Source: Camelus ferus (taxonomy: Eukaryota). Taken from it: a stretch of DNA of 64,000 nt. Where the stretch lies: positions 14,324,001 through 14,388,000 of the forward strand of contig NC_045698.1 of NCBI RefSeq assembly GCF_009834535.1, in the 5' to 3' direction. This document shows, one piece after another, positions 51,966 through 64,000 of this stretch. Numbering within the stretch: the first letter of the stretch is position 1; every line of letters begins with the position of its first letter. Position numbers and translations under genes: made by a program. Under the pieces are notes generated by a model, which was not told the origin of the DNA, searched no databases, and saw only the letters and a program-made list of their open reading frames with translations.

Positions 51966-54134
51966 AATATGAAAAAATACAGTTATTGACCATGGAAGTA
52001 TACATGTGATAAGTAGCTAGTGATTTTTATTATATTTCTTTCATTGCTACAGCATAAGTGTCATCCTACTAATGCAATACATTCAGGTCTTCTTGGGCAG
52101 GCCCTATGTTATTCCTGATTATTTCACATAAAAAAGAGTAGTCTGAACGGTATTAATGAATCCAAAGTTGTTCTCGAAAAATGGTTAGATCAGCTTTAGC
52201 CAATTATAAGCAAACAGACATTTTGATTGAAGAGAGTGTATTTCATCTACCTCTGTGATACTGTTTTTTCTTGGATTTCACCATTCAGTATTCAATGATC
52301 ATCACTTACACTCTATATTGATTGTCCTCCTGAAATTGCCATTCACATGGCAATTTTGGATTTTCATACAAACTTTGACAAATATATTGAATTACACTTG
52401 AATGTCACTGTCCGTCAAACAAGTAAGTAGTTGGTATATCATCGCAAGCTTGGTCTGAACAGGAACACTGTGCATTCATGAATGGGAATCCAGAAATACT
52501 CTCCCACCATCTCCACCCCTAATTTAGTCTAAAATATAAGGTCAATTGGGACATTTTAATGTTTTATCTGTGCAAAGCACACTGTACGTGCAAGAAGAGA
52601 ACATCGTTTATTTGTGAGATTTTGTATCATTCTCCCAGGTGTTTCTTCCAAAAAGCATTTACTTTGTGAGAAAATTAATTACAACTTGATTTAATTTGTA
52701 AGTTATTTCAAAACCCTTCTCAAGAGTTTCCAAGTCATTGATGCCTTAGGAAGGATTAAGTAAAATAAAATTAACTCACAGGAATTTTTCATACTTGTTT
52801 TCTAACTAAAAAAGTAGAGCCTCATGACTTTAGCTGCTTTTTAATTAAAGCTTGTTTTTGTTGAAAACTATGCAAACCCACATGTTTGTTATGATTTGTA
52901 TTCATACAGTAGATATTAACCACTCTTGTAAGAAAAATAAAAAACTTTCCATCTCAAAGAGAAAGATGAGAATGGGGGTGTCGAGCAGGTGCAAAACACA
53001 ACCAGATGGAAATTATTACCCGTTAGCTTGCAATCAGCATCCTAGAAGAAAATACTTCAAAAACATGAAAAGCTACAGTTTTCTCTTCCTGCTACACAAG
53101 GCTAATATTGCACTCCTGCACTTAAATACACATCTCAGCAGGTCTCCAGCTACAGGAGGAAAATTCTGATGATCATACAGAAAACAGAATCATTGAAAAA
53201 GTTCATGCTGAAAAGAAAGGCTGAATTTCTCCTTTTCTCCTGTTAGTAAGCTGCTGCAGATTGTTCTGGCATGTGAAATTAGCTTAAAAATTCAAAATAA
53301 AACAACAAAACTGAAGGTTCAAAAATGTTGTGTTAAGATCAGTCCTATCATGGTGTAGGCTGTACTTTTAATGAATCCTAAATCTAACCTGAAAATAGGG
53401 TCCGTGGTTATCACTGTAACTTCACTGTCAGCAGAAGGCTTAGAAAAAGCCTTTTTACCCCTCACCCCTCCCACAATGAAGCATGTAGAGATGGGAACTT
53501 CATTAGAAAAAAAGTGCAAGTGGAAAGGGTAAAATCATTTTTTGCATCCTTCTCCATGTTGTATAAGAATTTTCAAAGTAATTTTGTTCCACATATTCCT
53601 GGGCTTATAGCCTTAGGAAATAATATCCATAAATATGCGGCTTTGTCACTACCAAATATAATGCCTACAATTGGCTGGTTTAAACAGAGTCATTAGATGT
53701 GTGCCCTTGAAAGTTTAAGAAATCACTTTTCCTAGCTTGTCTTGCTGTTTCTCTGTGGCTCTTTGTGAAAAATATGAAGAATATGAGAATTCTGTTCACG
53801 GAATAATAGAGATTCCTCAGTAATGATCTACAAAATGTCATATTGCTCAGAATATCATCAGGTATTCAATAAAAAAGATAACAGACACTTCATCTACTTC
53901 TTCTAAATATAGAGAAACTTAATCCCTAAAATCAAGAAAATTTTGGGATTCTAGAAATGTGTTTGATACCCATGGTTTCCCTATATGTGGCTGCTTAATA
54001 TTGAATTGCTATCTGCTTAATAATTGTTATTTAAATACCTCTTGTTTCTCTAAATTAATTCCCTACTATTGTTAACACTGTTTAAGGTGATTCTATGGAG
54101 GATATCAAATAACATAATATATAAGGTATATATC

Positions 54135-54469
54135 AAGATAGCGAAAACAAACTTATGGTTACCAAAGAGGAAACAGGGTGTGCGGAGGGATAAATTAGGA
54201 GTTTGGGATCAACAGATACACACTACTATATATAAAATAGATAAATAAAAGTTCCTACTGTATAGCACAGGGAACCATATTCAATATTTTGTAAAAGCCT
54301 GCAATGGAAAATAATCTGAAAATGAAAATGTATATATATACGTATATATGAATCACTTTATTATATGCCAGAAACTAACGTATATATATGTATATATGAA
54401 TCACTTTATTATATGCCAGAAACTAACAAACACAACATTGTAAATCAACTATACTTTAATTAAAAAAAA
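54135..54469 (+). mobile_element. Cetartiodactyl-type L1 3' end
   Basis: gaaaacaaacttatggttaccaaag...gggataaattaggagtttgggat...ctactgtatagcacagggaac...tgtaaatcaactatactttaattaaaaaaaa. Confidence 0.92.
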
Positions 54470-54969
54470 GTGACTTCCAAAACAAATACATATCAAATGC
54501 AAATGTTAGACCATTTTAAAACCAATTTATGCTTTGTGAGAATCTCAAGACAATTCTCTAATCCTACATGAATAGAAGGTATTTATTCTCTACAATATGT
54601 CTGAAAAATTTATTTCTATACCACAAAGTATTTAATTGTGGAAATTACTACATATACTACTCTCCAATCATCATAGAGTACTTTATATTCTTCTTTAATA
54701 TTGAAAAATGAGGAGCCACTGAAATTTAACTATAGGTAAATAACATATCTTTGCTTATACAATCAAATATATAAATTCTATTTTGTATTCATATTCATTT
54801 TTATGTATTTATAGAAATTCAAATACTTTATTTTATAAAATATGTGAGGCCAACAGCCCACTGTAGTGCCACAAAACAGGTAACATTAAAGAACATACAT
54901 GGGATGTATTATATAAAGAATATACATACATAAGGAAAACATATGATGTAGTTAAGAGTGGAAAAAGAT

Positions 54970-55370
54970 GCTTCAAGGGTCCTGCATCAGTCTGGACAAT
55001 GTGTCTCCCTGATCTCGACTGGGAGGAATTTAATTGATCAGTACTCGCAGCTGCTGCACTCTGAAATCCGCCCCACACTGATGTTCGAGGACATAGTTCC
55101 TATGGTCCAGCCAATGCTGGAGAACAGGAAGGGGACAGAGGCATGCCTGCTTCTAAGGAAAACTCTGGCTCTTGAAAACTTAGCTGAAACTGAGAATTTA
55201 GGATCTTCCTTCCCTCTCTCTTTCACAGGGATTTCCACCTGTTCCTCAGAGAGTGACTCTCCCCAGCCCATCCCCAGCTTTCCACTTTCCCTCACAGGCA
55301 TTTCCCCCCTAAAATCTCTTGCATGTTTAATTCCATCTTGCCATCTGCTTCTTAGGGATCTAGACTAACA
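54970..55370 (+). mobile_element. MER54-like ERVL LTR
   Basis: cgcagctgctgcactctgaaatcc...ctcacaggcatttccccc...aaatctcttgcatgtttaattccatcttg...gactaaca. Confidence 0.7.
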
Positions 55371-55969
55371 TATGATGGGAAGAACTTCGTACTGAGTGAG
55401 TCATCGAGGACATGTTTTGAGCTCCCATTTAAGCTCCAGTCCATGCAGCTCAGTGTACTAACTGCAGATGGGACTATACATTCCCTGCGAGAGTTTAGAA
55501 GCCAACAGTGAAAATGAATCAAAGGTCACCTTTAATCTCACATTGTGATGACTATTAGAGGAACCGAAATGTGTACATAATCAACAACACTCAGGCCAAA
55601 ATAAATATCTATATTTGTTATTTTATGTGAAAATACAAAACATAAAGAATGCAGCCTCTCCTGAGAGGATAAATCAGAGCGTTGCTGGGCAGACACCTCC
55701 AGAGACCCAGGGGTGAAAGAGGATATTTGAGGAGGCATGAAGAAGAATCCAGTCATGATAAAGAAGAAGACTTTTTATTTGCTAAGAGGAGCATTTGTAT
55801 TTTTGTTACTTGCCCGATAGGAAATGTGTGAGACAGAGTATTTTAAGCTGATACAGAAAAGTAGATCAGTATCTTTGAGGTGCCCGTTTGCAATATAAGG
55901 AAAAGCATTGTGCTCAAAACAACCACAGCATGTCTTTCCATCTGAAGAAATCAGATTTCAGGCCGAAAA

Positions 55970-56090
55970 CAGGGGCTCTAACTCAGTTTCATCTCATACA
56001 AGCTGTGCAAAATCATCTTGAATACCAGTCTCCTCAGTGAAACATACAGTTGCTCTGAGGATTATAAGAGATCACATACAGAAAAATCCC
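55970..56090 (+). mobile_element. MIR remnant
   Basis: agctgtgc...ccagtctcctcagtgaaa...gttgctctgaggattataagagatca. Confidence 0.45.
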
Positions 56091-56214
56091 TAAATCCATG
56101 GCCTCTTTTAGAGCTCAGATGTACCCATACATTTGACTCTTTGCTAAGTTAGATCCCTACAAAGATGAAAATCGATTCATCTGGTAGCAAAAATGTGCGA
56201 ACTCAGTTTGTGTT

Positions 56215-56350
56215 TTGGTGAATGGAGCTAGGATGTAATTTCTGTGGAGGAAGGGATTTATGTCAGTTCCATTTACTGATATATCCCAAGGACCTAGGGG
56301 AGTGCCTGCTACTGATAGTGCCCCCAAAATATGTGTTGAATCAACAGAAA
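56215..56350 (+). mobile_element. L2 3' end
   Basis: aggatgtaatttctgtggaggaagggattt...atttactgatatatcccaaggacctagg...aaatatgtgttgaat. Confidence 0.65.
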
Positions 56351-56705
56351 AACAAGGCATTGTATCCCAAGCAGAAGAGTTTGGTTGCTAACTACCTCCT
56401 CCCTGACATGACTTAAGAAAGAGGTATCACTGGATTTGAAATATTAGAGAGAGAGTTCTACTTGCAATGGTCCCGGGATAAACGCCAGGTACCTAATGAT
56501 CATATTTATGTGGCTTGTGGGAGTTTTCAACATAAAAACGAGGGTTAGAGATTGAATTAACAAACGGAAGATGGTTTGTAATCTATCACCTCTCTCTATA
56601 CATTTTTTAAGCTTCCTAGTTCACTGATACATTTTCTGCAGGACAAAGGCAAGCATTTCATCAGACTGTTTCTGCCAAGTAAATGTTTTGTTGTCGTTAC
56701 CATTA

Positions 56706-56915
56706 ATTTTTTGTTGAAGTATAGGCTATTTACAATGCTGTGTTCATTTCAGGTATACAGCAAAGTGATTCAGTTACATACACATTCTTTTTTTGATCTC
56801 TTTCCATTATAAGTTATTACAAGATATTGAATATCGTTCCCTGTGCTATACAGTAAATCCTTGTTGTTTATCTATTTTATATATGGTAGTGTGTATCTGT
56901 TAATTCCATACTCCT
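56706..56915 (-). mobile_element. Cetartiodactyl-type L1 3' end
   Basis: ttgaagtatag...tacagcaaagtgattcagtta...aagatattgaatatcgttccctgtgctatacagta...tagtgtgtatctgttaatt is the reverse of the 54135-54469 family. Confidence 0.92.
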
Positions 56916-57894
56916 ATTATCCCTATTCTATTAAGGGAGGTAGTATGAATTTGGTGTTAGCAAGTATGAAAATTAAGGTTCCACATACACCCCTCCCTAC
57001 AACACAAGAGTGTGCCAGCTTTTTTTTTTTTTTTTTTTTTTAATTGGCTTGCTATGAAGAGGGAAATTTGTGGCTCAGGAAAAGCTCTGAGTGAATGTAA
57101 CTAAAAATGAAGAACTGGCACAATTATACAACTGGGGGGGGTGTGTATCGATATAGTTGTTCTCTTAAAATCGTGTCCACACTTTTTTTGAACTTGTCTA
57201 GGCAATTTTCTATTTTCTACATTACGTTTGATTTCGAATAAAAACTTTCATACACCATAATGCATTCATGTTATATATATAGAATATATGTTTGAGTGGG
57301 TTCTGGTTGGCTTTTCCACAATTTTGATTTTTATAGCCTCATATTTCACTTGGAGGAACAAAAATAAAAATAGGTTCTCAAATGGTGCATCTGTCTTATT
57401 CTGTAATTACTTACAGAGTGTTTTCATTTAAAGTTTCTATATGGCTCTTTCTTTCAGTGGCAAAGTTTGCTGCACGAACACACATGCCTTGAGCAGAATT
57501 TTTAAAAATCTACCAGATAAAACTTTTCTTTCACTGCTGCTGGGCAGGGACTTCTCATTGAGCAGTGTGCTGAATTCGCTTCACAAAGACCACTCTCGTC
57601 AATCACCTTCATTTTCCAGTTCCTGAGGACTCCGGCTCTCAGCCTCCATACCACAACCCCATGTTATGTCACTCCCTGTCTACACTTGCACAACGACTGG
57701 GGCCCAGATCGGATCTGACATCACCACCATGTCCTAAAATCGGTTTATGGATATTCAGTGTTCTCAGGAAGGAGAGATTGCCCTCGCCTACTGGGGATGA
57801 TCACAGTTTCCAATAGGCTGCTTCTAGATCAGTCAACTCACTCTATTGTCCCCAATGGGCATTCCTGGAAAGACATTTCAGCACCACTCTGTTT

Positions 57895-58045
57895 AATCCA
57901 GTAAATTTTTTTTTTTATCTTTCTGAGCCTCAATTTCCTTCATCTGTAATAATAATAACTCACCTATTCATCTCACAAAGCTATTGTGAAAATAACAAAT
58001 AAAAGATAAAGTGAAGAAAAGTTCTTTGAAGACAGCATACAAAGA
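57895..58045 (+). mobile_element. MIR
   Basis: ttctgagcctcaatttccttcatctgtaataataataac...tctcacaaagctattgtgaa. Confidence 0.7.
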
Positions 58046-58922
58046 TACAGTGCTTTTTTTTTTTTTTTTAAAGAAAATCTGGCTAAAATGTCTCTGAACT
58101 ACAAAGGAATTCTATCAGAAATGATATATTCAAGGTGGAAGTTTAAAATAGAGTTTCTCTGTGGTATGTAAAATGCCATCTTCACCCAAATTTGGGCTTC
58201 CACTGAGCTTATTTTCACAATGCTTCAGTGTTTTGACACATCTCTTTGGTATAAATAAATAAATTGACCATCATATGTTGATGAATCATATCTTTTGCAA
58301 GACCAAAAGGGGAAATTCATTGTCCATCTACTTCTCCATCTCTGACACGAGTCAAAAACGCTCTACTTACAGGAACAAAGCTTGTCAGCACATCACCCTT
58401 ACTAACTTTTAAGAGCAAAATGTGGGCTTGCGAGTAGTGATAGATCAGAAACTGCATTGCTAAGTTTTCTTAGTGATTCATGTTACATTAACTGTATTGA
58501 CTAAAAGTTAAGAAAACTATGAAATCTTAGACAATAAATGCTAAGGCTTTTTAAATTTATTGACCAGAGTAGTATTCTCCTCTGGACCACCATATTCAAT
58601 GCTAATGTTGTATACGCTTTTCAGAATGCTTGTCCAACTTATGACCATCAACTCTTCTCTCAGAATTAATCTCTGTAAGGGAGAGGTCTAGCAGTCAAGT
58701 TTGAATACAATCACCTGGTTGTAGTTGATCAGTCCAAAAGTGGGCTCTTGAGAAATGCTAAAACCACAAAGGTCTTCCATCCTAAAAATTCTGAATATCT
58801 GCATTTGGAATTCAGAAACAGTCCCTATATGTGTCTTGAAGCATATGTAAGATGAAAATGAAATAGCTGTTTTTCAGTTTTGCTCCACTGTGTGGACAAA
58901 GAAGTAGAAATGGTTTGTTGAG

Positions 58923-58933
58923 ACACACACACA

Positions 58934-58972
<39 letters not shown>
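58923..58972. repeat. (AC)~25 microsatellite with one interruption
   Basis: Direct read. Confidence 0.95.
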
Positions 58973-58974
<2 letters not shown>

Positions 58975-59082
58975 CTATTCCACACATACACAGAGTTAGA
59001 GCAAGAGACAGTGAGAGCCAGGGTGAGACTGAAAGAGAACCATAGGTCAAACAGAAATAAGAAAAAAAGAGACTGACTCTTT

Positions 59083-59557
59083 TGATAGGCTAAAAAATAA
59101 AATCCTCCCTCCAAAATACCTCCACATTCTTATCCCTGAAAATTGTGAATGGTATCTCACATCAAAAAAGAAAAAGAGGGGGTTAATCATTGCAGATGTG
59201 ATTAAGGATCTTGAGATGGAGAGATTATCCCAGGTAACCCAGATAGGTCCTAAGTGCACTGACATGTGTCCTTACGAAATGGACAGAGATGGAGATCGGT
59301 TATACAGAGAGAAGAAGAGACTTGAAGAAGCTGGCCTTGATGACCGGATCAATGTAGCCACAAGCCAAGGAATGCCAGGGAACACATTCTCCCCTCCATC
59401 CTCCAGATGGAGCCTGGCTCTGCCAACATCTCAGTTTAAGAACAACAATAACACTTTCAGACTTCCTATCCCCAGAACAATGAGAGAACAATTTTTTGTT
59501 ATTTTAAGTCACTTTGTCTATGGTAATTTTTTACAGCTGCTACATGAAACTAATATA
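59083..59557 (+). mobile_element. MLT1C/D-like MaLR LTR
   Basis: ttgcagatgtgattaaggatcttgagatggagagattatcc...gccacaagccaaggaatgcc...ccagaacaatgagagaa...aaactaatata. Confidence 0.9.
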
Positions 59558-59989
59558 CCCATTGACTTTAATTTATTCTTTCCATGTTCTTTCTGGGATC
59601 TGCCTAATTTCTGCCCTTGGGTTCTATGATGCAAGAAAACAGAGTAATTTCACAAATTGTACTTTCTATATCAAGTTGTGTTCTATTACTAACAACTGAC
59701 ACCAGTATAACAATATTCTATGTGAAAACAATTCAAGTAAATTCATAGGGAAATTAAACATTACACACCAGAGATACTGGGTGAGGATTATATAGGCTTT
59801 GTCATGTAAATTGCTTTGTTTAAAGAAATGTGAGTGGATTTGAAATATGTCTCTTATGAGCAGAAGCTTGAAGAGACATCATGTTAGAATCTTTCTATTT
59901 CCATCTTCCATAAGATCAGCAAGATATCCAAAGCTTAATGATAGAAAGATAATTTAAATATGTATAATGCATCATAGAATATATAATAC

Positions 59990-60076
59990 TTTTTACACAG
60001 CTTCATGGTGGCAACTAGACCAAATATCTGGCCACCATGGCCTTGCCACGCTGACCAGTGAAACTAACCATCACAG
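59990..60076 (-). mobile_element. MLT1F/G-like LTR terminus
   Basis: ccaaatatctggccaccatggccttgcca...aaactaaccatcaca. Confidence 0.55.
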
Positions 60077-60299
60077 GTAGGTTGTGATGTACAAGTTCTT
60101 AATTTAATAATCGAAAACTATTGAGTGGGAAGACACATGACCAGAGATTCAGTAAGAATAATCAGTGGGTGAACATAAAAAAATTTGTAGAGAAGACCCT
60201 TGGTTATCTTCTTTTATATCCATTTCTTCTTTCTTAACTGTTCTTAACTCAGTGTAAATTATATTTTATACCTTTCCAGAACAAACTCTTATACCTATA

Positions 60300-62580
60300 T
60301 TTGCAATAATTTCTTCTTAACATTATTAAATGTAATATTCTTACTACTCCGGCATATGAAACAGCTTATTTTCAATTATTTATCAGTTATTCAATAATTT
60401 GTAATGTCTATTTTTAATTAACCAAGTCCATTCTCAAACAGCACTATGTATCTTCAAGTGTCATGCCGTTGACTTATTCCAGAGCATTTTCAATTCCTCC
60501 TTCCAATCTCTGTGATATTGCTGTCAGACCTCTCACTCATCTATACACTATAATCACTCAGTTACTATTATTGCTTTAATAGAACCATTATTTTTAAAAA
60601 ATAAGTTAAGAATGAAAAACTATGTATTTTTTATTGTCATTTGTTCCTTCTCTAACAATTTCTCTTTTTAGGTATATAATTTTCCTTCTGTCTGGAGAAC
60701 TTTTAATATTTCCTGCAGAGGTCATTTTCTGGCAATTAATTTTTCAGTTTATATTTGTCTGAGTCTTTATTTCTTATTCATTTTTGAAGAATAATTTCAT
60801 TAGCTATAGAATTTTAGGTTCCTGGTCTTTGTTTTCATTTTTCTTCTAAGAGTTTAAACATTTCACTCCTCTTTTTCTATCTGCCATTAATTTTGGAAAT
60901 TTTTAGGCCATTATTAGTTCAAAAGTTTTTTTTTTTTCTCTCTCTTACTTCTCCTTCTGCCCTTCCAATTACACCTATGTTACACCTTTTCATTCTGACT
61001 CATATTTCTTGGATTTTTCTCTTCTTTTTCCCCTATTCTTTTTTCTCTTTACATTTCAGTTTGAAAAGTTACTACTGATGTATCTTTAAGCTCCTTTGTT
61101 GTTTTCTTGGCCATGTCAGGACTATTGATTAGGCAGTATTTGTTTCTCTTACAGCATTTTTAATTTCTAGCATCTTCTTTTGATTCATTCTTAGAATTTC
61201 CATCTCTCTGCTTTTATTATCTACATGTTGCTATATCTTTACTACTATTTTTTCATTAGATCCATTAACATATTAGTTACTGTTATTTTTAAATAAGTGG
61301 CCTGATGCTTCTAAAATCAGTTTTCTCTTTGAATCTGTTTCTGATGACTGTCTATTCTGACTGTGCTTTTCTTGACTTTTGTCACACCGAGTATTGTTTT
61401 GTGAGAGTGTTTGCTTTTTAACTATAGATGCAAGAAGTTTCAAATTTCTTTATAGTCCTTGCTTTTTGTCTCCTCCTAACTTTGGCTTTTCCTTTGCACT
61501 CTTTCTGAGAGAGTCTGTGTCTTGGAGATCTTTCAGTCATAATCTATGGTTATTATTGTAGAACCACGTTGGTGTGGTGGTTAGGTGTATGGAAGATGAA
61601 GTGTTTCATATTCTTCCAAATAAATCTCAGTTGTTTACTGGGCCTATGTCTCTGGGCTGTGTCTTTCACAAGGGTTTCTTCACTGGTTTAACTTTTTATT
61701 CTGTTGTCCCCAACCCACTTCACTGGCTGCAGCATTTTCCATCTATTTCTTTGTAATCAGGACCCTGGTTGACTATGTTTATTTTTCCCCCTTGGAAGAG
61801 ACATGAAGGTCAGATGGGGCTGGCGTGAGAGAACACCCCTTAGCTCTGCAAGGCTAACGTTCTGGTAAAATATTACATTCCTAGAGAGCATGCCTCTGTT
61901 CTAGCGAATGCTCAGAGTGCCTTTCACAATGATTACTTTTCCTCTACCCAGTTAGACTTACTAGAGTTTTGTTTTCTCATTTCACCATAAAAACCTGTTG
62001 AGGTTCCTTGGGGTAAAGGTCATGAAAGTGTAGGTTTTCCTAAACCTGCAGCCTCAAGATATTTCTCATTCCTGTGCTTGTCTAGACTCAGGCTCTAATA
62101 ATTAAAATAGCAGCTGACCCTTGAACAACATGGGTTTGAACTACATGCATCCACTCATGCATAGATTTTTTTCAATGTAAATACTATAGTATTACCCACT
62201 CCACACCTGGTTGAAGCTGCAGATAGAGAACCATGGATATGGAGGGCCAACTAAAAAATTATACCTGGATTTTCCACTGAGCCGGGGTAAGGCGTCCCCT
62301 AACCCTCATGTTGTTCAAAGGCCAACTATAGGTCACCAATCAAGTCCTCCAACTAGTTTACAGCTCCAGCAGCTTCTGTTTCAAATAAGCAAATCTTAGC
62401 TGTGTCTCTCTGGCTGTACCTCTTTCTGGATATGGGGGTAGCAGTACTCTGTTACCTCAGTTCTCTGATGAGTCTGACCAACATTAATCATTTTCAATTT
62501 GTTAAACTTTCTCTTATTAAGTGTGGGACTGACAGATTTCAACTTTTCATATGTCACAGCGGAAACAAGAAGTCCCCTTT
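60300..62580 (-). mobile_element. Old L1 (L1MD/MC-type) 5' UTR and ORF1 region
   Basis: tttgtctgagtctttatttc...ttttgaagaataatttc...tatagaattttaggtt; tttctagcat...ttagaatttccatctctctgctt; cagctccagcagcttctg...cctcagttctctgatg...ggaaacaagaagtcc. Confidence 0.75.
62111..62328 (-). mobile_element. Tigger2-derived MITE nested in the old L1
   Basis: cagctgacccttgaacaac...gttgttcaaaggccaacta|TA; same family as 44833-45072 in the opposite orientation. Confidence 0.9.
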
Positions 62581-62752
62581 TGAAAGACATTCAATTAAAT
62601 TTGTTACCTTCAACCCTCATCACTCTACTCATTCCCTGCATTATAACATACATTTCCATCAAGCTCTTAGATAACTTGGGATATTTGCCAATTCCAGCTC
62701 TGCTTTCTTTCTCTCATTGACAACAACCTGCCACTCACTAAATTTCCACATA

Positions 62753-63203
62753 CTGAAGGACCCTGACTTATTATGGTTTAACTTACAATTTTTTGACCTT
62801 ACAATGGTGTGAAAATGATAGGCCTTCAGTAGAAACCATATTCTGAGTGTTCAATTTTGATATTTTTCTGGCTAGCGATACCTGACTACACTCTCTCATG
62901 ATGCATCCTGAGAGTAAACACTTATAACCGCCTGTAAACGTACAACCACCCTGTTCTTCACTTGCAGTATATTATTCAATAAATTACATGAGCTCATCAA
63001 CACTTCATTATAAAATAGGCTTTGGGTTAGATATTTTTGCCAACTGTAGACTAAGGTAAATGTTCTATGAATGTTTAAGGAAAGCTAAGCTAAGCTATAA
63101 TGTTCAGTAGATTAGGTGTATTAAATGCTTTTTTGACTTATAATATTTTCAAGTTACAATGAGCTTATTGGAACATAACCCCATCATAAGTGAAGAAGAT
63201 CTG
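62753..63203 (-). mobile_element. MER47/Tigger5-type DNA transposon
   Basis: ttcaataaattacatgag...attataaaataggctttg...gctaagctataatgttcagtagattaggtgtattaaatgc...taaccccatcataagtgaagaagatctg is the reverse of MER47. Confidence 0.9.
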
Positions 63204-63699
63204 TGCTTGGATGCCACGATTCATTTGCACTTGACTTTTCTAGTGTTTGGAATGTGTTTATCAACCATTGGAACTCCTATTCATCTTCCATTACAAGCTC
63301 CATCATATATTTACCCTGAATCCCCAAGAAGTAATTTTATGAATTGTCTGTATTCATAATCAAAGTATGCATGTTTCTACTTTAGCACTTACGATTAGTA
63401 TCACACCTATTTTTATATACCTGTTGCCCAACTAGAATTTGTTTCTCGAATACAGGACATCAGATCTGGGTATCTAATAGACACCTTGATATATCAGCGC
63501 ATGAAATTTGATTACATTGACTTGATGATGCTGCTAGGAGAGTGAGATGGAGTGACATCAAAGGACACAAGAAAAATAGGGAGAATATTAAAATATCCTA
63601 AGTAAGGGGCACAGAAACTAGCATTTTATTCATGGATGTAGTAATGGGGTTGATATTTGAAATACTATAAATAAGAAGAATCTATTATTTTTGGTGGCA

Positions 63700-64000
63700 T
63701 ATAAGTTATGGTATAAGATAGATGGGAGAGTCTACATGACTCTAAGGCTGAGCCAGGTGACATCAATAGTAAAAGTGAGGGCAGGAAGAATTTTTATGTG
63801 GAATTTTGGCTTGTGACAAATGATAGATATGAGGCCATCCAGTGACAAGGATACGGACAGCCTTTTGAATTATTAGAGCCTGAAGTTCAGAATATAGATT
63901 GAGGTTTAGAAGGCAATTGCAGCGAAGGGTTTATTAAGTACAAATTAAATGGGGACAAGACATGGTGGAAAAGGAAATAATAAAAATAAAAGAGAGACAT
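63700..64000 (-). mobile_element. L2 remnant
   Basis: atgactctaaggctgagccagg...catccagtgacaaggat...cctgaagttcagaa...gaggtttagaaggca. Confidence 0.5.

Noticed and set aside
52333..52356. Perfect 10-bp hairpin aaattgccat-tcac-atggcaattt
   Set aside because: About one such stem is plausible by chance in 64 kb of AT-rich DNA; too short for a pre-miRNA
44833..62328. Two opposed Tigger2 MITEs as ends of one composite transposon
   Set aside because: Each has its own pair of TIRs, and one is nested in an L1; they are independent insertions
1..64000. The six-frame ORFs of 60-143 aa as genes
   Set aside because: Those with homology are broken L1 ORF2 pieces; the longest others (40742, 54958, 59198) lie inside LTRs; the rest have no recognisable domains and are expected by chance

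Overview
AT-rich, CpG-poor placental mammal genomic DNA, intronic or intergenic. I recognise no protein-coding gene, tRNA, rRNA or CRISPR array. The only ORFs with recognisable homology are broken LINE-1 ORF2 pieces and a probable decayed hAT-like transposase. The window is dense in interspersed repeats: several generations of L1, L2, MIR, MaLR (MLT1), ERV1/ERVL solo LTRs and Tigger-type MITEs. The youngest L1 3' ends look cetartiodactyl, and I saw no Alu, B1, Can-SINE, Bov-tA, PRE1 or CHR-2 SINEs, which fits a camelid best (inference). The sequence does not support a new biological system. Best leads: (i) three minus-strand candidate exons, notably a 141-nt frame-preserving one at 39003-39143, plus a weak + strand bias of LTRs and L1s, together hinting at a minus-strand host transcript; (ii) clear retrotransposition oddities: an L1 with a ~65-bp flanking duplication, a ~110-bp twin-primed L1, a poly(A)-only insertion with TSD, a MIR>MER8>LTR triple nest, and an LTR splitting a hAT-like reading frame. 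Repeat names come from recalled consensus sequences and need RepeatMasker/Dfam confirmation. Boundaries are approximate unless TIRs or TSDs are cited.
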